Positions 34,281 to 44,378 of a DNA stretch of 64,000 bases are shown one piece after another; the first letter of the stretch is position 1, and each line of letters begins with the position of its first letter. The notes beneath the pieces were generated by a model. The model searched no databases. It was not told the origin of the DNA and was given only the letters and a program-made list of their open reading frames with translations. The stretch lies in IMG/VR virus record IMGVR_UViG_2703718774_000012, one strand, 5' to 3'. The stretch is from a virus. Its lineage: Duplodnaviria > Heunggongvirae > Uroviricota > Caudoviricetes. The position numbers and the translations under genes are program-made.

Positions 34281-35136
34281 GCCAGTTTCTTATGCCGATA
34301 TATTCAGCGTTCCTGAAACCGCCATTTACATATATAAATGGCAAGCGAAGATTGTGACCATTGACTGCCAGGTAGTCTTTACAACCCTGTTCGGTGAAAC
34401 AGCAGGTAACGAATTCATCAATATCTTTCACAGCAACGCGCCGCCATTTTTCTGGTGGCTCTCGAAAGTTTTCGTGAAGTAGTTCGAGACGACGACTTTG
34501 GCGTTTATTGGCTTCATTGCCATCTTCATCAACCCAGACAATCCGGTCATAGTCATAATCAGCATCAACAACGATTTCGCGCTTTTGATACACACAAAAC
34601 ATAGGGTCTGACGTTATTCGATTATCCTGTGTTCGAATATTTTCACCGATGATGCCAAACGAATCTGGTGCAGATTTTGTCTGCAACTCTTCGATACGTT
34701 CAGCCATCGCAGCACACTCTTCAAAGTTGCTTAATGCTTTTCGCTCCCATTCGGCGCATTGTTTTTCCAGTTCTGCTATGCGCTTACTTCCATCCGCTAT
34801 TACTCCCTCGTAATATTCACGCTGCTCGTTGAGTTTTGATTTTGCTGCTTCAAGCTCAACGCGCAGCTTCCCTACCGTTAGCGCAATATCCTCGTTCTCC
34901 TGGTCGCGGCGTTTGATGTATTGCTGGTTTCTTTCCCGTTCATCCAGTAGTGCCAGCACGGTTTCTGGTCCGGCCAGAAATTTGAAGGCGTTGAGCGCAT
35001 CAATATCCACACCGTAATCTTTAAGTTCCTGTTCACTTAACAAATCATCATCAGCTGGCAACATTAACAGGCGTTCCATTGCTGGAATTGCACGTTCCGC
35101 CGCCTCACGCAGTGCCTGATAGTCAATCTTGCTCAC
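34252..35136 (-). CDS. hypothetical protein (294 aa) with N-terminal IDYQALREAAE module
   Basis: ORF track; N-terminus paralogous to 35133..35834. Confidence 0.6.
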   Translation of the reverse strand: MSKIDYQALREAAERAIPAMERLLMLPADDDLLSEQELKDYGVDIDALNAFKFLAGPETVLALLDERERNQQYIKRRDQENEDIALTVGKLRVELEAAKSKLNEQREYYEGVIADGSKRIAELEKQCAEWERKALSNFEECAAMAERIEELQTKSAPDSFGIIGENIRTQDNRITSDPMFCVYQKREIVVDADYDYDRIVWVDEDGNEANKRQSRRLELLHENFREPPEKWRRVAVKDIDEFVTCCFTEQGCKDYLAVNGHNLRLPFIYVNGGFRNAEYIGIRNWLAGIRIKGE

Positions 35137-35834
35137 TGGTTGCCTCCTTTTCGAAGCTGGGCGGCGATATCTTCGAGAACGCCATCAGAGAATGAGCGGT
35201 CAAAATCGCCTTCCGGCGCATTAGCCATAAACTCAGTAGAGGTAAGAATCATCCGGGCAATATCCGCGGCGTTCTTCGCAGTATCATCAATAAAACCAGC
35301 TTCCCAGGCAGCCAGCATTCTGTTCGCCACAAAATAAGCGCCTTCCTTGCGTGCTTCAGTCTTCACTTCAGCTAGAAAAGCATCGGTAGCTGGAGTTTCG
35401 CTGTGGTGCAGGGCATCGTTGATAATCATTGCAGCAACTCCGGCCTGCCCTGCATCCGTGACCGACACATGCTCAAGAGTTACGGCCATTGCGTGTTTCA
35501 GCCCGGCGTTCTCTGCCACCAGCGCCGCGAGATTAGTCTCAAGCTCTGCAATTCGACACATAGCATCAATATTTGTGTCCTCCAGGCACTTAATTTCACC
35601 AAGCAGCTCCAGTGCAACCTTTGGGTTGAACGCGGCAACATGACGAGCGTTGTTCTCTGCATTTTTCTGTCCATCAAAGCCGGTCCATTTGATAACGTCT
35701 TCACATCGTTCATCACCGGGCGTGTGCACCGCATAAGTACCAGTATCCGTCGAAATAAATGCGACCCATTCGTCTGGTGTTGCCTTTTCTGCCGCCTCAC
35801 GCAGTACCTGATAGTCAATTGTCATTCTCGCCAT
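35133..35834 (-). CDS. hypothetical protein (233 aa) with N-terminal IDYQVLREAAE module
   Basis: ORF track; C-terminus AAQLRKGGNQ shared with 36463..36702. Confidence 0.6.
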   Translation of the reverse strand: MARMTIDYQVLREAAEKATPDEWVAFISTDTGTYAVHTPGDERCEDVIKWTGFDGQKNAENNARHVAAFNPKVALELLGEIKCLEDTNIDAMCRIAELETNLAALVAENAGLKHAMAVTLEHVSVTDAGQAGVAAMIINDALHHSETPATDAFLAEVKTEARKEGAYFVANRMLAAWEAGFIDDTAKNAADIARMILTSTEFMANAPEGDFDRSFSDGVLEDIAAQLRKGGNQ

Positions 35835-36502
35835 CCTTCACAGTTGTAATCACTACAGCCTTCAAAATCATATGGGCTGTACTGCCAGGTTATTTTTCCG
35901 CAATGCGGACAATTCCAACGCACCTTCCCGCTTCGCGACTTCTTTCTTCTGTTCTGCTCTTCCAACCAGTCAGGCATGACCAAACCTGCGCCCTGAACCA
36001 TTGTTCTGCGGTTAAAGTTATTGATATTGAACGTCCGACGCTTTGCTGCATCAGCAATGGAAAATGGCAACCAAACTATTCCTGGTTCGTTTTTGTTGGC
36101 GACGCTAAAGATGGTCGCTTTACTGAAGTCATCTGTTGGCAATCCACCGTGTTGAAGCCAGTAAACATCGTTGCCGTTCCAGCTACCTTTTTTGTAGGCC
36201 ACATACGCAGTGCAATCTGACTCAATCAGGCTTTCTGTAGGGATGTACTGGCAATCAACGTGCCACACAGCCATTGCATCCACACTATCGGCACAAACAG
36301 GCTGATCGATATCTCGACCACAATTCCAGGCTTTTTGGGCTTCTTCCTGCGTGTAAACATGTGCTCGATCGATATCAGAACTGTAACCATTGCCGTTATG
36401 GCAATGGAATGAGGCGTTATTACCCACAGTTTCACGCAAGCACATCATGTAAAAACGGTTACTCACTGGTTGCCTCCTTGGCGGAGTTGCGCTGCGATGC
36501 AC
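35822..36502 (-). CDS. hypothetical protein (226 aa) with C-terminal zinc-ribbon-like CPHCG...CEGW
   Basis: ORF track. Confidence 0.55.
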   Translation of the reverse strand: MHRSATPPRRQPVSNRFYMMCLRETVGNNASFHCHNGNGYSSDIDRAHVYTQEEAQKAWNCGRDIDQPVCADSVDAMAVWHVDCQYIPTESLIESDCTAYVAYKKGSWNGNDVYWLQHGGLPTDDFSKATIFSVANKNEPGIVWLPFSIADAAKRRTFNINNFNRRTMVQGAGLVMPDWLEEQNRRKKSRSGKVRWNCPHCGKITWQYSPYDFEGCSDYNCEGWRE

Positions 36503-36702
36503 GAAAAAAAAGACTCCCGAGTGTGACAGTTAAGAGCTGGTGCGAACGCCGCGTTAAGAACGGCGGAATCACAGCCGTCATCAATATAGAGCGCAATTTT
36601 TTTCTCCAGGCGCGCTTTGGCTTCCTGCAACTGCATACCCCGGCACGCACGCGGGATATAATCAGCAATTTGAGCGATAGCTTTTTCGTTCTGTTTAAAC
36701 AT
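36463..36702 (-). CDS. hypothetical protein (79 aa)
   Basis: ORF track; ends AAQLRQGGNQ. Confidence 0.45.
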   Translation of the reverse strand: MFKQNEKAIAQIADYIPRACRGMQLQEAKARLEKKIALYIDDGCDSAVLNAAFAPALNCHTRESFFSCIAAQLRQGGNQ

Positions 36703-36898
36703 GCTTCACCTCGATAGGCTTGATGGTGTCTAACAGCAGTCGGCGGCGCGTATTTTCTGCAAAATGGCGGCGTCCAGTTTCTTTGTGGTAAAACTCGTTT
36801 TTGCCAACGACCCACATCCGCTCTGTTTGGTGCAGTTTTTTTACCTTCGGGCCATCTTTGGTGATCACGGTACCGGTATGGGTTTTTACGATTGTCAT
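36695..36898 (-). CDS. small basic protein (67 aa)
   Basis: ORF track. Confidence 0.45.
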   Translation of the reverse strand: MTIVKTHTGTVITKDGPKVKKLHQTERMWVVGKNEFYHKETGRRHFAENTRRRLLLDTIKPIEVKHV

Positions 36899-37773
36899 TC
36901 CACTACCTCTTCGAATTTCAACTCCGATTGGTCACCCCAGATTTCACATGATTCGGAACACGAACCAGTATCAAACCGCTTGGCCAGCACCATCGCCTGA
37001 TACAAATTTCTGTAGTCACTGTCGGCATACATTCTGGCAATCCCGTCAAGCGTCAGGTGGCCACGGTACATAACGTCTTTACCTGTTCTGCGATGACCAT
37101 CCCTGACGTGTTTGCCTGTAACCAGTTCATTAAAAACCCGCATCAGACCTGGTTCGTCTTTACATGCAAGCCCCAGCTTTTGCGTTGACTTTTTGATGCA
37201 AAAAACACAGTTCCCGAGGTGCTCCGGGATTTGCAAATCAAAAGGTTGTTTTCGCCACCACCGGATAACATCCGACTTATCAAAATCTGACAGTTCGGCA
37301 AGATACCGGACGCCCGGTTTCGGTTTCAGCCTACGGGGTTCGTCCGCACGAATACCGAGCCATGTGATGTAATTCCCTCGCCCAAAATGGTCATCGCAAT
37401 ATTTCGTGAAAGGGGTGAGTTTTAGCCTGTCGGTACAGAACGCGCCGCCGATGTATGGCGTACCGTACTTTTTAACCATGTCCATAAACGGTTTAAGCAC
37501 CGGCATTCGCGTCTGAATATCCTTTGGTTCCCATTCCGTATAACCATTTGGCTGCCCAAGTTCTGGATTTATATCGACCTGCAACACCGTTAGCGGTACG
37601 TTCCAGAACTTCACAACCTCACGAATAAAGCGATACGTCAGAGGATGTTCACAGCCGGTATCCATAAAAATGAAATGGACGCTAGCGCCAGCTTTTCGCT
37701 GTGCTTCCATCAGATGAACGAGATAAGCCGATGTTCGTCCACCTGAAAAGCTGACGACTTGATGCATACTCAC
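36895..37773 (-). CDS. PAPS-reductase-like (PP-loop) family protein (292 aa)
   Basis: PP-loop motif SFSGGRTSAY near N-terminus. Confidence 0.7.
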   Translation of the reverse strand: MSMHQVVSFSGGRTSAYLVHLMEAQRKAGASVHFIFMDTGCEHPLTYRFIREVVKFWNVPLTVLQVDINPELGQPNGYTEWEPKDIQTRMPVLKPFMDMVKKYGTPYIGGAFCTDRLKLTPFTKYCDDHFGRGNYITWLGIRADEPRRLKPKPGVRYLAELSDFDKSDVIRWWRKQPFDLQIPEHLGNCVFCIKKSTQKLGLACKDEPGLMRVFNELVTGKHVRDGHRRTGKDVMYRGHLTLDGIARMYADSDYRNLYQAMVLAKRFDTGSCSESCEIWGDQSELKFEEVVE

Positions 37774-37776
37774 GGT

Positions 37777-38355
37777 TTATTCCTGAATGCGCTTAAACTC
37801 GATTACCCATACCAACGGGTTAGATAGCCAGTTATCCTGCCCGTAAATACTGCGCCAGATATCACCAAAACCAACGCGATAAACAGCTTCAGATGGCGTA
37901 ATCTTGTACGTCGCCGGAGTTGCGCCTTCTGCTTTAGCATCTGCCTCGCTCATGTCATGCAGCCGTTCCACACGCACGTCGGTAATTTCCAGAAGAATGC
38001 GCGATGCCCAGCGCGGCATGTGAATTGATGGCGTCCACTTTTCTGATACTGGTTTATTACAAACCTCGACCGGAACCCGGTGCGTTTGTTCTGTCCAGGA
38101 GTTACGCACGCTTGCGCGATAAACCAGCGTTGCGACGTCCGTCGCTTTGCCATGTACCCGGTAGGTTTCGCGAACCCAAATACGATCGCCCGGTTGACCA
38201 TATGGACAATGCTTAGCAAGCAACTCTGCGGCCACTGCCCGTCCATAGAATTTTTCTTCAACAATCCTGCGAGTCTGTGTTTTATTCCCGCCAAGAATTG
38301 CCCGGACCATCTCATCGTTGAAAATCATGCCGCGCTCTTTCACTTCGCCTTTCAT
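37777..38355 (-). CDS. hypothetical protein (192 aa)
   Basis: ORF track; first gene downstream of operator 38534-38550. Confidence 0.55.
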   Translation of the reverse strand: MKGEVKERGMIFNDEMVRAILGGNKTQTRRIVEEKFYGRAVAAELLAKHCPYGQPGDRIWVRETYRVHGKATDVATLVYRASVRNSWTEQTHRVPVEVCNKPVSEKWTPSIHMPRWASRILLEITDVRVERLHDMSEADAKAEGATPATYKITPSEAVYRVGFGDIWRSIYGQDNWLSNPLVWVIEFKRIQE

Positions 38356-38533
38356 GCATCCCCCTTACCCATGCGCGACGATGCCGCCAAAAGTGATAGA
38401 GAACAGCCAGAAATAGATCGCGGCCATAATGATTTTGAATGCCGTGTTCATATTTTCAGCTCCTGTGATTGATTGGATACATGCCGCGCCTTGCGGCATG
38501 TTTTTATTTTCACTTTCTCTATTTTAAAAATCA

Positions 38534-38550
38534 AGATTTATTAGAGCAAT
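38534..38550 (-). promoter_or_regulatory. C1 operator
   Basis: AGATTTATTAGAGCAAT, 16/17 to consensus. Confidence 0.75.
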
Positions 38551-39056
38551 TATTGTTGGTGGAGAAGCGCGTTTTCATACTCCCTGACCATTAACGTAAG
38601 TACGCCGTGACTCCTGAAAACACGCGCCACTTCAATCTTATCTTCCAGCGCGAACGCAATTTTACTTAGACCAATTTTCTTCAGGAGATCAATCTTTGCT
38701 GGACCATCATTTCTGTCATCGGTGGCAGGACGCATAGATAGCAAAGGCTCAGCCCCGTTTGTTACGTACTTCCGCAGCCAGGCTCGTGTTTTATCCCTTG
38801 CGATCTCACAGCGCCCGGTTACAAACCAGACCGTGTAAACGTTAAATAACTGGCGCACCATATCAATAACCGGAGTGATGGGAGTATCGGTGTCACAGGC
38901 GAGATTAAACTCGTTCCAGTCCTTTGTTAATGCACCTTTACCTGGTGGCGGAAGCAAATGCAGTCTGTCTTCAGTTGCCTCTGATATTGTTCCATCAATA
39001 TCGACTATGACGATATACGGACGTTCCTGGTGTGCGTGTTTATTGAAAATACTCAA
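38550..39056 (-). CDS. HAD-superfamily phosphatase-like protein (168 aa)
   Basis: DxDGT motif IVIVDIDGTISEA. Confidence 0.65.
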   Translation of the reverse strand: MSIFNKHAHQERPYIVIVDIDGTISEATEDRLHLLPPPGKGALTKDWNEFNLACDTDTPITPVIDMVRQLFNVYTVWFVTGRCEIARDKTRAWLRKYVTNGAEPLLSMRPATDDRNDGPAKIDLLKKIGLSKIAFALEDKIEVARVFRSHGVLTLMVREYENALLHQQ

Positions 39057-39128
39057 ATGCCCTCCTCATTGGACGAAAAAAATGCTGGTGGGCGCACTCC
39101 ACCAGCATTAAAAGTGACGCTGTAACTA

Positions 39129-40391
39129 TCAGCGGACGTAAATAGTGCCGCCGTTCTCTTTTTCCCATGCATCGCTACGTGCATAGCAAACATCGAGAAG
39201 TCTTCTTGCCGCTGTTTCCTCTAAACCCAATTCGACAACCAACTGCTCATGACGGCGGGTAACCACATCAAACAGGGTATGCAACCCTTTAGTTGCCAGA
39301 TCATCAATGAATTCCGGTTCGAACGGCAGCTCTGTATCTGCCAACATAACCTCTTGCGCCCACTCAACTCGACGGACCAATTCCGGGCGGCGGCTTTCCA
39401 TCTCTTTACAGATCAATTCATGGAAGAACTCTACCCAACCTTCCGGCTGGAACTCGCGGAAAATTGCCAACGGCTGGAAGTTTGGCATCAACCATTCGTT
39501 GATACGGATATCAATGGCATAGCCCATGTCGCAGCAGAACTGATAAGCAAAGTCCAGCTTAGAAACGATATAAGGACGCTCGTTATTGAACTCTTTAGGC
39601 GATGAGATCCCATAAGCCAGGAGGCGCGGGAAGAAGGAGATTTGCCCTAACGTCGGATGAAGTTTGCTTGCAGGGAAACGGCGCTCAGTAATGCCATACA
39701 TTTCCTTCTTGAGCGTCGCAAATTTGGCATTCTCATTAACCAGCGCGGTAACCTCTGCTTTTTTATTAGCAAATGCCACGCGCGCTTCGCTTGCATCTTT
39801 AATAGTTTTTTTGAGCTGTTGGTTAAGGTCGGCGACCTGCTTACGCAGTTCCTGTCGCTCGCTTTTAGCTTTGTTATAGCGTTTCTCAAGGTTAAAAGGA
39901 TCAAGTTTCATGATCTCTTTATATTGAGATTTTAGCGTTGAAATCTGTGAGTTCCGCAGTTCAACCATCGCGGTCATTTCATTGAGTTTTGTTTCCAGCT
40001 CAATGCTTATACGTTCGGCATTATCAGCACGCTGGTTGGCGTCATGCGTCGCATCGTCGATCGCGTCCTGTTGCTGGCGTTTCAAATGTTCAATTTGTAG
40101 CTGAAGCTCTTCAATTTCTTTACCCTTCAGACCGAGATCCAACTGCATATTTTCAGCTGCATCTACCAGGGAGTTATGGCTATCAGCTTCTGCGTTATAA
40201 ACATCAATAAGCTGTGCGTGAAGCATCTCCGCTGACTGAACCGCATTATCAAAAAAACGCGCTGTGAGGTCATCACAACTAACGCGGCGTTGCGCGGCCC
40301 GGATGTTCTGGATAATGGCCGGGATACCGGCATTCAGGACGTCAGGGATAGATACATTTTCGATTGATTGGTTTTGTGCTGAAGTGATCAT
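39129..40391 (-). CDS. coiled-coil protein (420 aa)
   Basis: ORF track; long heptad-rich central region. Confidence 0.6.
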   Translation of the reverse strand: MITSAQNQSIENVSIPDVLNAGIPAIIQNIRAAQRRVSCDDLTARFFDNAVQSAEMLHAQLIDVYNAEADSHNSLVDAAENMQLDLGLKGKEIEELQLQIEHLKRQQQDAIDDATHDANQRADNAERISIELETKLNEMTAMVELRNSQISTLKSQYKEIMKLDPFNLEKRYNKAKSERQELRKQVADLNQQLKKTIKDASEARVAFANKKAEVTALVNENAKFATLKKEMYGITERRFPASKLHPTLGQISFFPRLLAYGISSPKEFNNERPYIVSKLDFAYQFCCDMGYAIDIRINEWLMPNFQPLAIFREFQPEGWVEFFHELICKEMESRRPELVRRVEWAQEVMLADTELPFEPEFIDDLATKGLHTLFDVVTRRHEQLVVELGLEETAARRLLDVCYARSDAWEKENGGTIYVR

Positions 40392-40392
40392 T

Positions 40393-40611
40393 TCAAAGTT
40401 CCGTATTAGCTTGTGCTTCGGTCATTTTTCCTAAGTATGAAGGAGGAAGGACTACGCAATTTGTATCCAGTCCCTCACCTATGGCAGCCTGTAAAATTCT
40501 GGCTAAGGTGAGTCTCTTGTTGCGATACCTGGTGATGACATGCCTGATACCGCCGGTCGGCGTAACAAAGGCGATCAGCCAGTAGTGATATTTCCGTCGG
40601 AATGGCCACAT
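40393..40611 (-). CDS. hypothetical protein (72 aa)
   Basis: ORF track; first gene downstream of the operator pair. Confidence 0.45.
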   Translation of the reverse strand: MWPFRRKYHYWLIAFVTPTGGIRHVITRYRNKRLTLARILQAAIGEGLDTNCVVLPPSYLGKMTEAQANTEL

Positions 40612-40625
40612 AGTGCACCTTGTAG

Positions 40626-40642
40626 ATTGCTCTAATAAAAAA
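40626..40642 (+). promoter_or_regulatory. C1 operator-like site (left member of divergent pair)
   Basis: ATTGCTCTAATAAAAAA, first 14 positions match consensus. Confidence 0.65.
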
Positions 40643-40664
40643 CGTGATGAGTGTACATCACGTT
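40641..40664. promoter_or_regulatory. 9-bp inverted repeat AACGTGATG-N6-CATCACGTT between the two operators
   Basis: Perfect 9-bp arms; function unknown, candidate activator or repressor site. Confidence 0.4.
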
Positions 40665-40674
40665 TTAAAAATAT

Positions 40675-40691
40675 GGAATTATTAGAGCAAT
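40675..40691 (-). promoter_or_regulatory. C1 operator-like site (right member of divergent pair)
   Basis: GGAATTATTAGAGCAAT, 14/17 to consensus. Confidence 0.6.
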
Positions 40692-40692
40692 A

Positions 40693-41394
40693 TTATTCTG
40701 ATTCTCGCTCAAAAAATGAGCTGATAAGGGGAAGCCAATCCTCTGACACTTCGCGAGGTCGCGGTTTGCCGTGGAAAAAGATTATTCGGCAGTCTTTTGG
40801 TAATGCCCCATTCCCCCAGGAGTAACGCGCGCTCGCATATTTTGAACCAGGTTCCACAACATCGGCCTTGTAACTTACAAACCATCCTGGATACAGATCC
40901 TGAAATGCTGGTGTATCATCGCCCATAACCTTTCGTAAGAACCCCTGGTCACCCCAGCACTCAGTAGTGACACAACGAGAAATCCAACCTTCCGGATCTT
41001 GCCAGAATGAACTCCAGATATGCGCTTTAACACTATTTGGTATCCACAGGGCACCGCTGCCACGATATTGTGGATGGTAAAAATCCCTAAGCATGGTGAA
41101 GCTGGTTGGTGGATGCTCTAGGATTGGGCGTATATCACCGGCAATAACCGTGTCCAAATCCAGATAGAACAGATCATCGGTTATATCCGGTCGGAACAAC
41201 TCGATTTTCGCCCACCAGCCACGGCACTTTTGCCACTGGTTGATCAATGGGATAACTTTGACGCCAGGTACATGTAAACACTTCAGGTCTGTCAGGCAAA
41301 TAATTTCATAGTCTTTTGGCAGTTGATTAACCAGCCACTGCACATCGGAAGCGTTATAGTCACCACCAGAGCGAAGAACTAAAGCAATCTTCAT
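40693..41394 (-). CDS. hypothetical protein (233 aa)
   Basis: ORF track. Confidence 0.55.
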   Translation of the reverse strand: MKIALVLRSGGDYNASDVQWLVNQLPKDYEIICLTDLKCLHVPGVKVIPLINQWQKCRGWWAKIELFRPDITDDLFYLDLDTVIAGDIRPILEHPPTSFTMLRDFYHPQYRGSGALWIPNSVKAHIWSSFWQDPEGWISRCVTTECWGDQGFLRKVMGDDTPAFQDLYPGWFVSYKADVVEPGSKYASARYSWGNGALPKDCRIIFFHGKPRPREVSEDWLPLISSFFERESE

Positions 41395-42083
41395 GCTGCA
41401 CCATCACCTTTCACTTTCATCAATGTCAGGTTTCCGCAAAATACGGCACCAGTGTCGATATACTGCTGATTCCAGAATGTCTTCGGGCTTTTCACCGGAG
41501 TGTGACCAAAGATAAAACGATCTGCGCCCGAAATTTCGCCACCAATATCATCCATCGAATCACTGATACGCTCGCGCGCCCAGACAACGTTGAAAAGCGG
41601 CACCTCCTTACCGAATTGGTATTCATTATCCGGATAGTCGGCATGGGCTATAACGATAGTTTCTTGCCCGGTGTTCAACTCAATGATATAGGGCAGACGC
41701 TTTACCAGCTCCACCAGCGCCCTGGCTAATATTTCCTGATCAGTGTCCAGCATGAAGAACCATTGTCCGCCATTCATTAGCCAGTTATTCACGTTGCCAT
41801 CAGGACTTAACGCATCGAGCATCAACCGCTCATGGTTCCCCATCACTGCCCTGAACCAGGGCATCTGCAATAGTTCCAGACATTCGACATTTTCAGTACC
41901 GCGATCGATAAGGTCGCCGACCGATATCAGTAAATCCTGCGCCGGGTCAAAATCCACACGATGGAGTTCGGACATCAGTCTGGTGTAGCAACCATGCAGA
42001 TCACCAACAACCCAGACATTCCTGTATTTGGTACCGTCGATACGGTGATAAATTGTGGGTGCCATCATGTATTCTTCAGCCAT
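41391..42083 (-). CDS. Ser/Thr protein phosphatase (calcineurin-like metallophosphatase, lambda-PPase type)
   Basis: Motifs GDLHG, GDLIDRG, GNHE. Confidence 0.8.
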   Translation of the reverse strand: MAEEYMMAPTIYHRIDGTKYRNVWVVGDLHGCYTRLMSELHRVDFDPAQDLLISVGDLIDRGTENVECLELLQMPWFRAVMGNHERLMLDALSPDGNVNNWLMNGGQWFFMLDTDQEILARALVELVKRLPYIIELNTGQETIVIAHADYPDNEYQFGKEVPLFNVVWARERISDSMDDIGGEISGADRFIFGHTPVKSPKTFWNQQYIDTGAVFCGNLTLMKVKGDGAA

Positions 42084-42691
42084 TCTTTAAGAGTCATCTG
42101 CGGAATACCTCCCATTTTCCCGCATGAAACAACGTCAATCTGTTCACGCGCAGACTGGAATAACAAAGGCAGGTGACTTAGATTTTTTGGCGTGCCGCCG
42201 GAGTGAACGCGTAGTTCTTGCGTAGCGTCAACGCCCACCAGAGCTACATGTTTGAATCCGATATGGAAAGCCAGGTTCAGAGCACCATATGCACTATTGC
42301 CGCTGGCAATTTCATTCTCATCTTCGCAAAGGCCGAAATGTGCGGACCAGCGCCACGCCCACCACTCGGGAGAATTCGTATTTTTTGGCTCCATGCCGCG
42401 TTCAGCCACACGACGGAAGCACAGAACGCCATCTCTGACTTCACGTTCTTTAACATCGGGTAGTGCCATGCAATAACAAACACCACGGCGACGGCGGCCA
42501 CGACCAACGCGCCGCATATTGTCTGGGGATGGATCAAGGGTGAAAAAATAAGAAGCGCGGTTAAGCCAGTCGATGGCCCCATTGACCGCTATAATCGGCA
42601 CTCCGCGCGGCGCAACAAAGTTTGCGGCGCTTGGGCCACTGCCGACGATAATAACGCGATCACTGCCTCTAAATTTATTCTTGGGAAACAT
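42065..42691 (-). CDS. hypothetical protein (208 aa) with N-terminal VGSGPS...AVNG motif
   Basis: ORF track; paralogous to 42589..43251. Confidence 0.5.
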   Translation of the reverse strand: MFPKNKFRGSDRVIIVGSGPSAANFVAPRGVPIIAVNGAIDWLNRASYFFTLDPSPDNMRRVGRGRRRRGVCYCMALPDVKEREVRDGVLCFRRVAERGMEPKNTNSPEWWAWRWSAHFGLCEDENEIASGNSAYGALNLAFHIGFKHVALVGVDATQELRVHSGGTPKNLSHLPLLFQSAREQIDVVSCGKMGGIPQMTLKEWLKNT

Positions 42692-43251
42692 TGAATTGCA
42701 CTGCTCCTACTTGCATTCAAAATATGTAAATCTGCGTGTTTTTTGCGGGTATCCAGGAACTGCTGTTGCCATTTTGAAATAGACACCTGCGTTGGATTCC
42801 GTAGTGCTTGAGGGTGCGCGCCATGCCAATGAAGGCCGTTTTGCAGAGAACAGTCATAGCCGACTAATACCACTACTTCAGCCCCTGATTCAGCAGCCAG
42901 ACTGATAGCCTGCGCGCCGCTATTTACCCCTTCCGCCGGTCCACAATATCGCCTGTACTCCAACGAAAATGATTTCGCCGCCGCCAGGTTGGCTGTCACT
43001 TTGCGGAACCTCCCTCCCGGTATGGTGGAACCGTATTGCTTCCACCATGACAAATCACCGGCGTATAAGGCATAAATGTCATCGAACATCTGCCAGGAAT
43101 TGTTAACCGCGATGATTGAACAGCCAGTTTTTTCTATAGCAGCACAGTCCTCACGAGTGAGTGACGGACCGCTACCGACACAAAAAACAGTCCTAGTCGC
43201 CCTGGGTGGTATGTTCATTCTCAGCTGCAAATTCAGCCTCCAGGTGAGCAT
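42589..43251 (-). CDS. hypothetical protein (220 aa) with N-terminal VGSGPS...AVNN motif
   Basis: ORF track; 3' end overlaps the next gene by about 100 nt. Confidence 0.5.
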   Translation of the reverse strand: MLTWRLNLQLRMNIPPRATRTVFCVGSGPSLTREDCAAIEKTGCSIIAVNNSWQMFDDIYALYAGDLSWWKQYGSTIPGGRFRKVTANLAAAKSFSLEYRRYCGPAEGVNSGAQAISLAAESGAEVVVLVGYDCSLQNGLHWHGAHPQALRNPTQVSISKWQQQFLDTRKKHADLHILNASRSSAIQCFPRINLEAVIALLSSAVAQAPQTLLRRAECRL

Positions 43252-43414
43252 TCATTTCAGCGATTACAGGGTCCACTACAGCATCTGTTTCCTGTTCATT
43301 ACGCGGCATGACCGATGCCAGCGACTCATAATTAACCTTGGATGACACGATTATTCTCCCGATGTTAAAGTGCACTACCACAAAGAGCGTACATGCACTA
43401 ATTAATTTATTATT

Positions 43415-43984
43415 TTAAGCAGCATGCAACCACTTATCGCCGTTCAATACATGCTCAATAGCCTCACCCTTTTTAAGACTTATGTATTCCAGGATGGCGG
43501 TAATCGCTTGTTCTGCACCGTACGCAAGAACGACGTAGTAACCTTCCTCTCTAAGCCTGCGCATCCAGGCGATCTGCTCTTTCGTCGGGGCTTTACCATT
43601 TGGTTCTTTAAGCTCAATTCGCATGCCGTGATAAATACCGCATGCTTTATCGAGACTCATGTCCGGATAACCTTTTTTCTGCCCTTCAGCCTTCATTTTC
43701 CCGGCGGTTGCTTTTGAACGTTTCCCTCCGTTAGGCGTTGCATGCAACAGCTCATAGATGTCAGGGTGCTTGCGTTCGAAGTAATCAAAAATGAAAACCT
43801 GCTCGAAGTGCTCGCAATTTCCGTCGCGCAGGTCTGGGTTCTTTGCAAGTGCCTTCGCATGTGGAGAAACTTCTTTTACCGGCGCAAGCGATAAGAATGG
43901 ATCCTTTTTGGTTTTTGGCCTGGACCGCCCCTTATTTCGACGCTCACTAAAAGCCTGAAACTCTTCCTCAGTAAAGCGCAACAT
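43415..43984 (-). CDS. VRR-NUC-like nuclease domain protein (189 aa)
   Basis: C-terminal GYPDMSL...ELKEPNGK...QIAWM pattern typical of VRR-NUC (PD-(D/E)xK) domains. Confidence 0.6.
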   Translation of the reverse strand: MLRFTEEEFQAFSERRNKGRSRPKTKKDPFLSLAPVKEVSPHAKALAKNPDLRDGNCEHFEQVFIFDYFERKHPDIYELLHATPNGGKRSKATAGKMKAEGQKKGYPDMSLDKACGIYHGMRIELKEPNGKAPTKEQIAWMRRLREEGYYVVLAYGAEQAITAILEYISLKKGEAIEHVLNGDKWLHAA

Positions 43985-43986
43985 AA

Positions 43987-44232
43987 TCAGTCAAATCCTG
44001 CCGGTCGCATGCCATATTTACGCTGTTTTGCGGCCTGCTCTTCCCTGTGCCATTGCGCACATTCAGCGTCACAATAAATGCCTGATTCAATCGATTCATT
44101 GCAGTAACGACACTTCCCTGTAAATACCTGGCTCACGACCTGTGCCTGCTTTCTGATGTTATCGATGGCCATGTCTTTGAGAGCTTCTAACTGATTCATG
44201 CTCAGCTCTGCATCATCAACACGTTCTGCCAA
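43987..44232 (-). CDS. small zinc-finger protein (81 aa)
   Basis: CRYCNESIESGIYCDAECAQWH Cys4-like cluster. Confidence 0.5.
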   Translation of the reverse strand: MAERVDDAELSMNQLEALKDMAIDNIRKQAQVVSQVFTGKCRYCNESIESGIYCDAECAQWHREEQAAKQRKYGMRPAGFD

Positions 44233-44289
44233 TTTTGTTTCCTCGTGAAGAACCTACTTAAGGGCAGAATGATACATTTCACAATCAAA

Positions 44290-44306
44290 ATTGCACTAAT
44301 AATTTT
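44290..44306 (+). promoter_or_regulatory. C1 operator-like site upstream of structural operon
   Basis: ATTGCACTAATAATTTT, 15/17 to consensus. Confidence 0.5.
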
Positions 44307-44378
44307 CTTTTATTGAGTTAAATATTCAACAAATGACTAGCGGTAGAATCACCATCATCTATTTCTGGCAGGCTGACT

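Noticed and set aside
43193-43381. 62-aa track ORF
   Set aside because: GTG start, heavy overlap with the 220-aa gene's 5' region, no RBS; not supported.
43392-43408. Operator-like TGCACTAATTAATTT near 43.4 kb
   Set aside because: Four mismatches to the 17-bp consensus, too weak to call.
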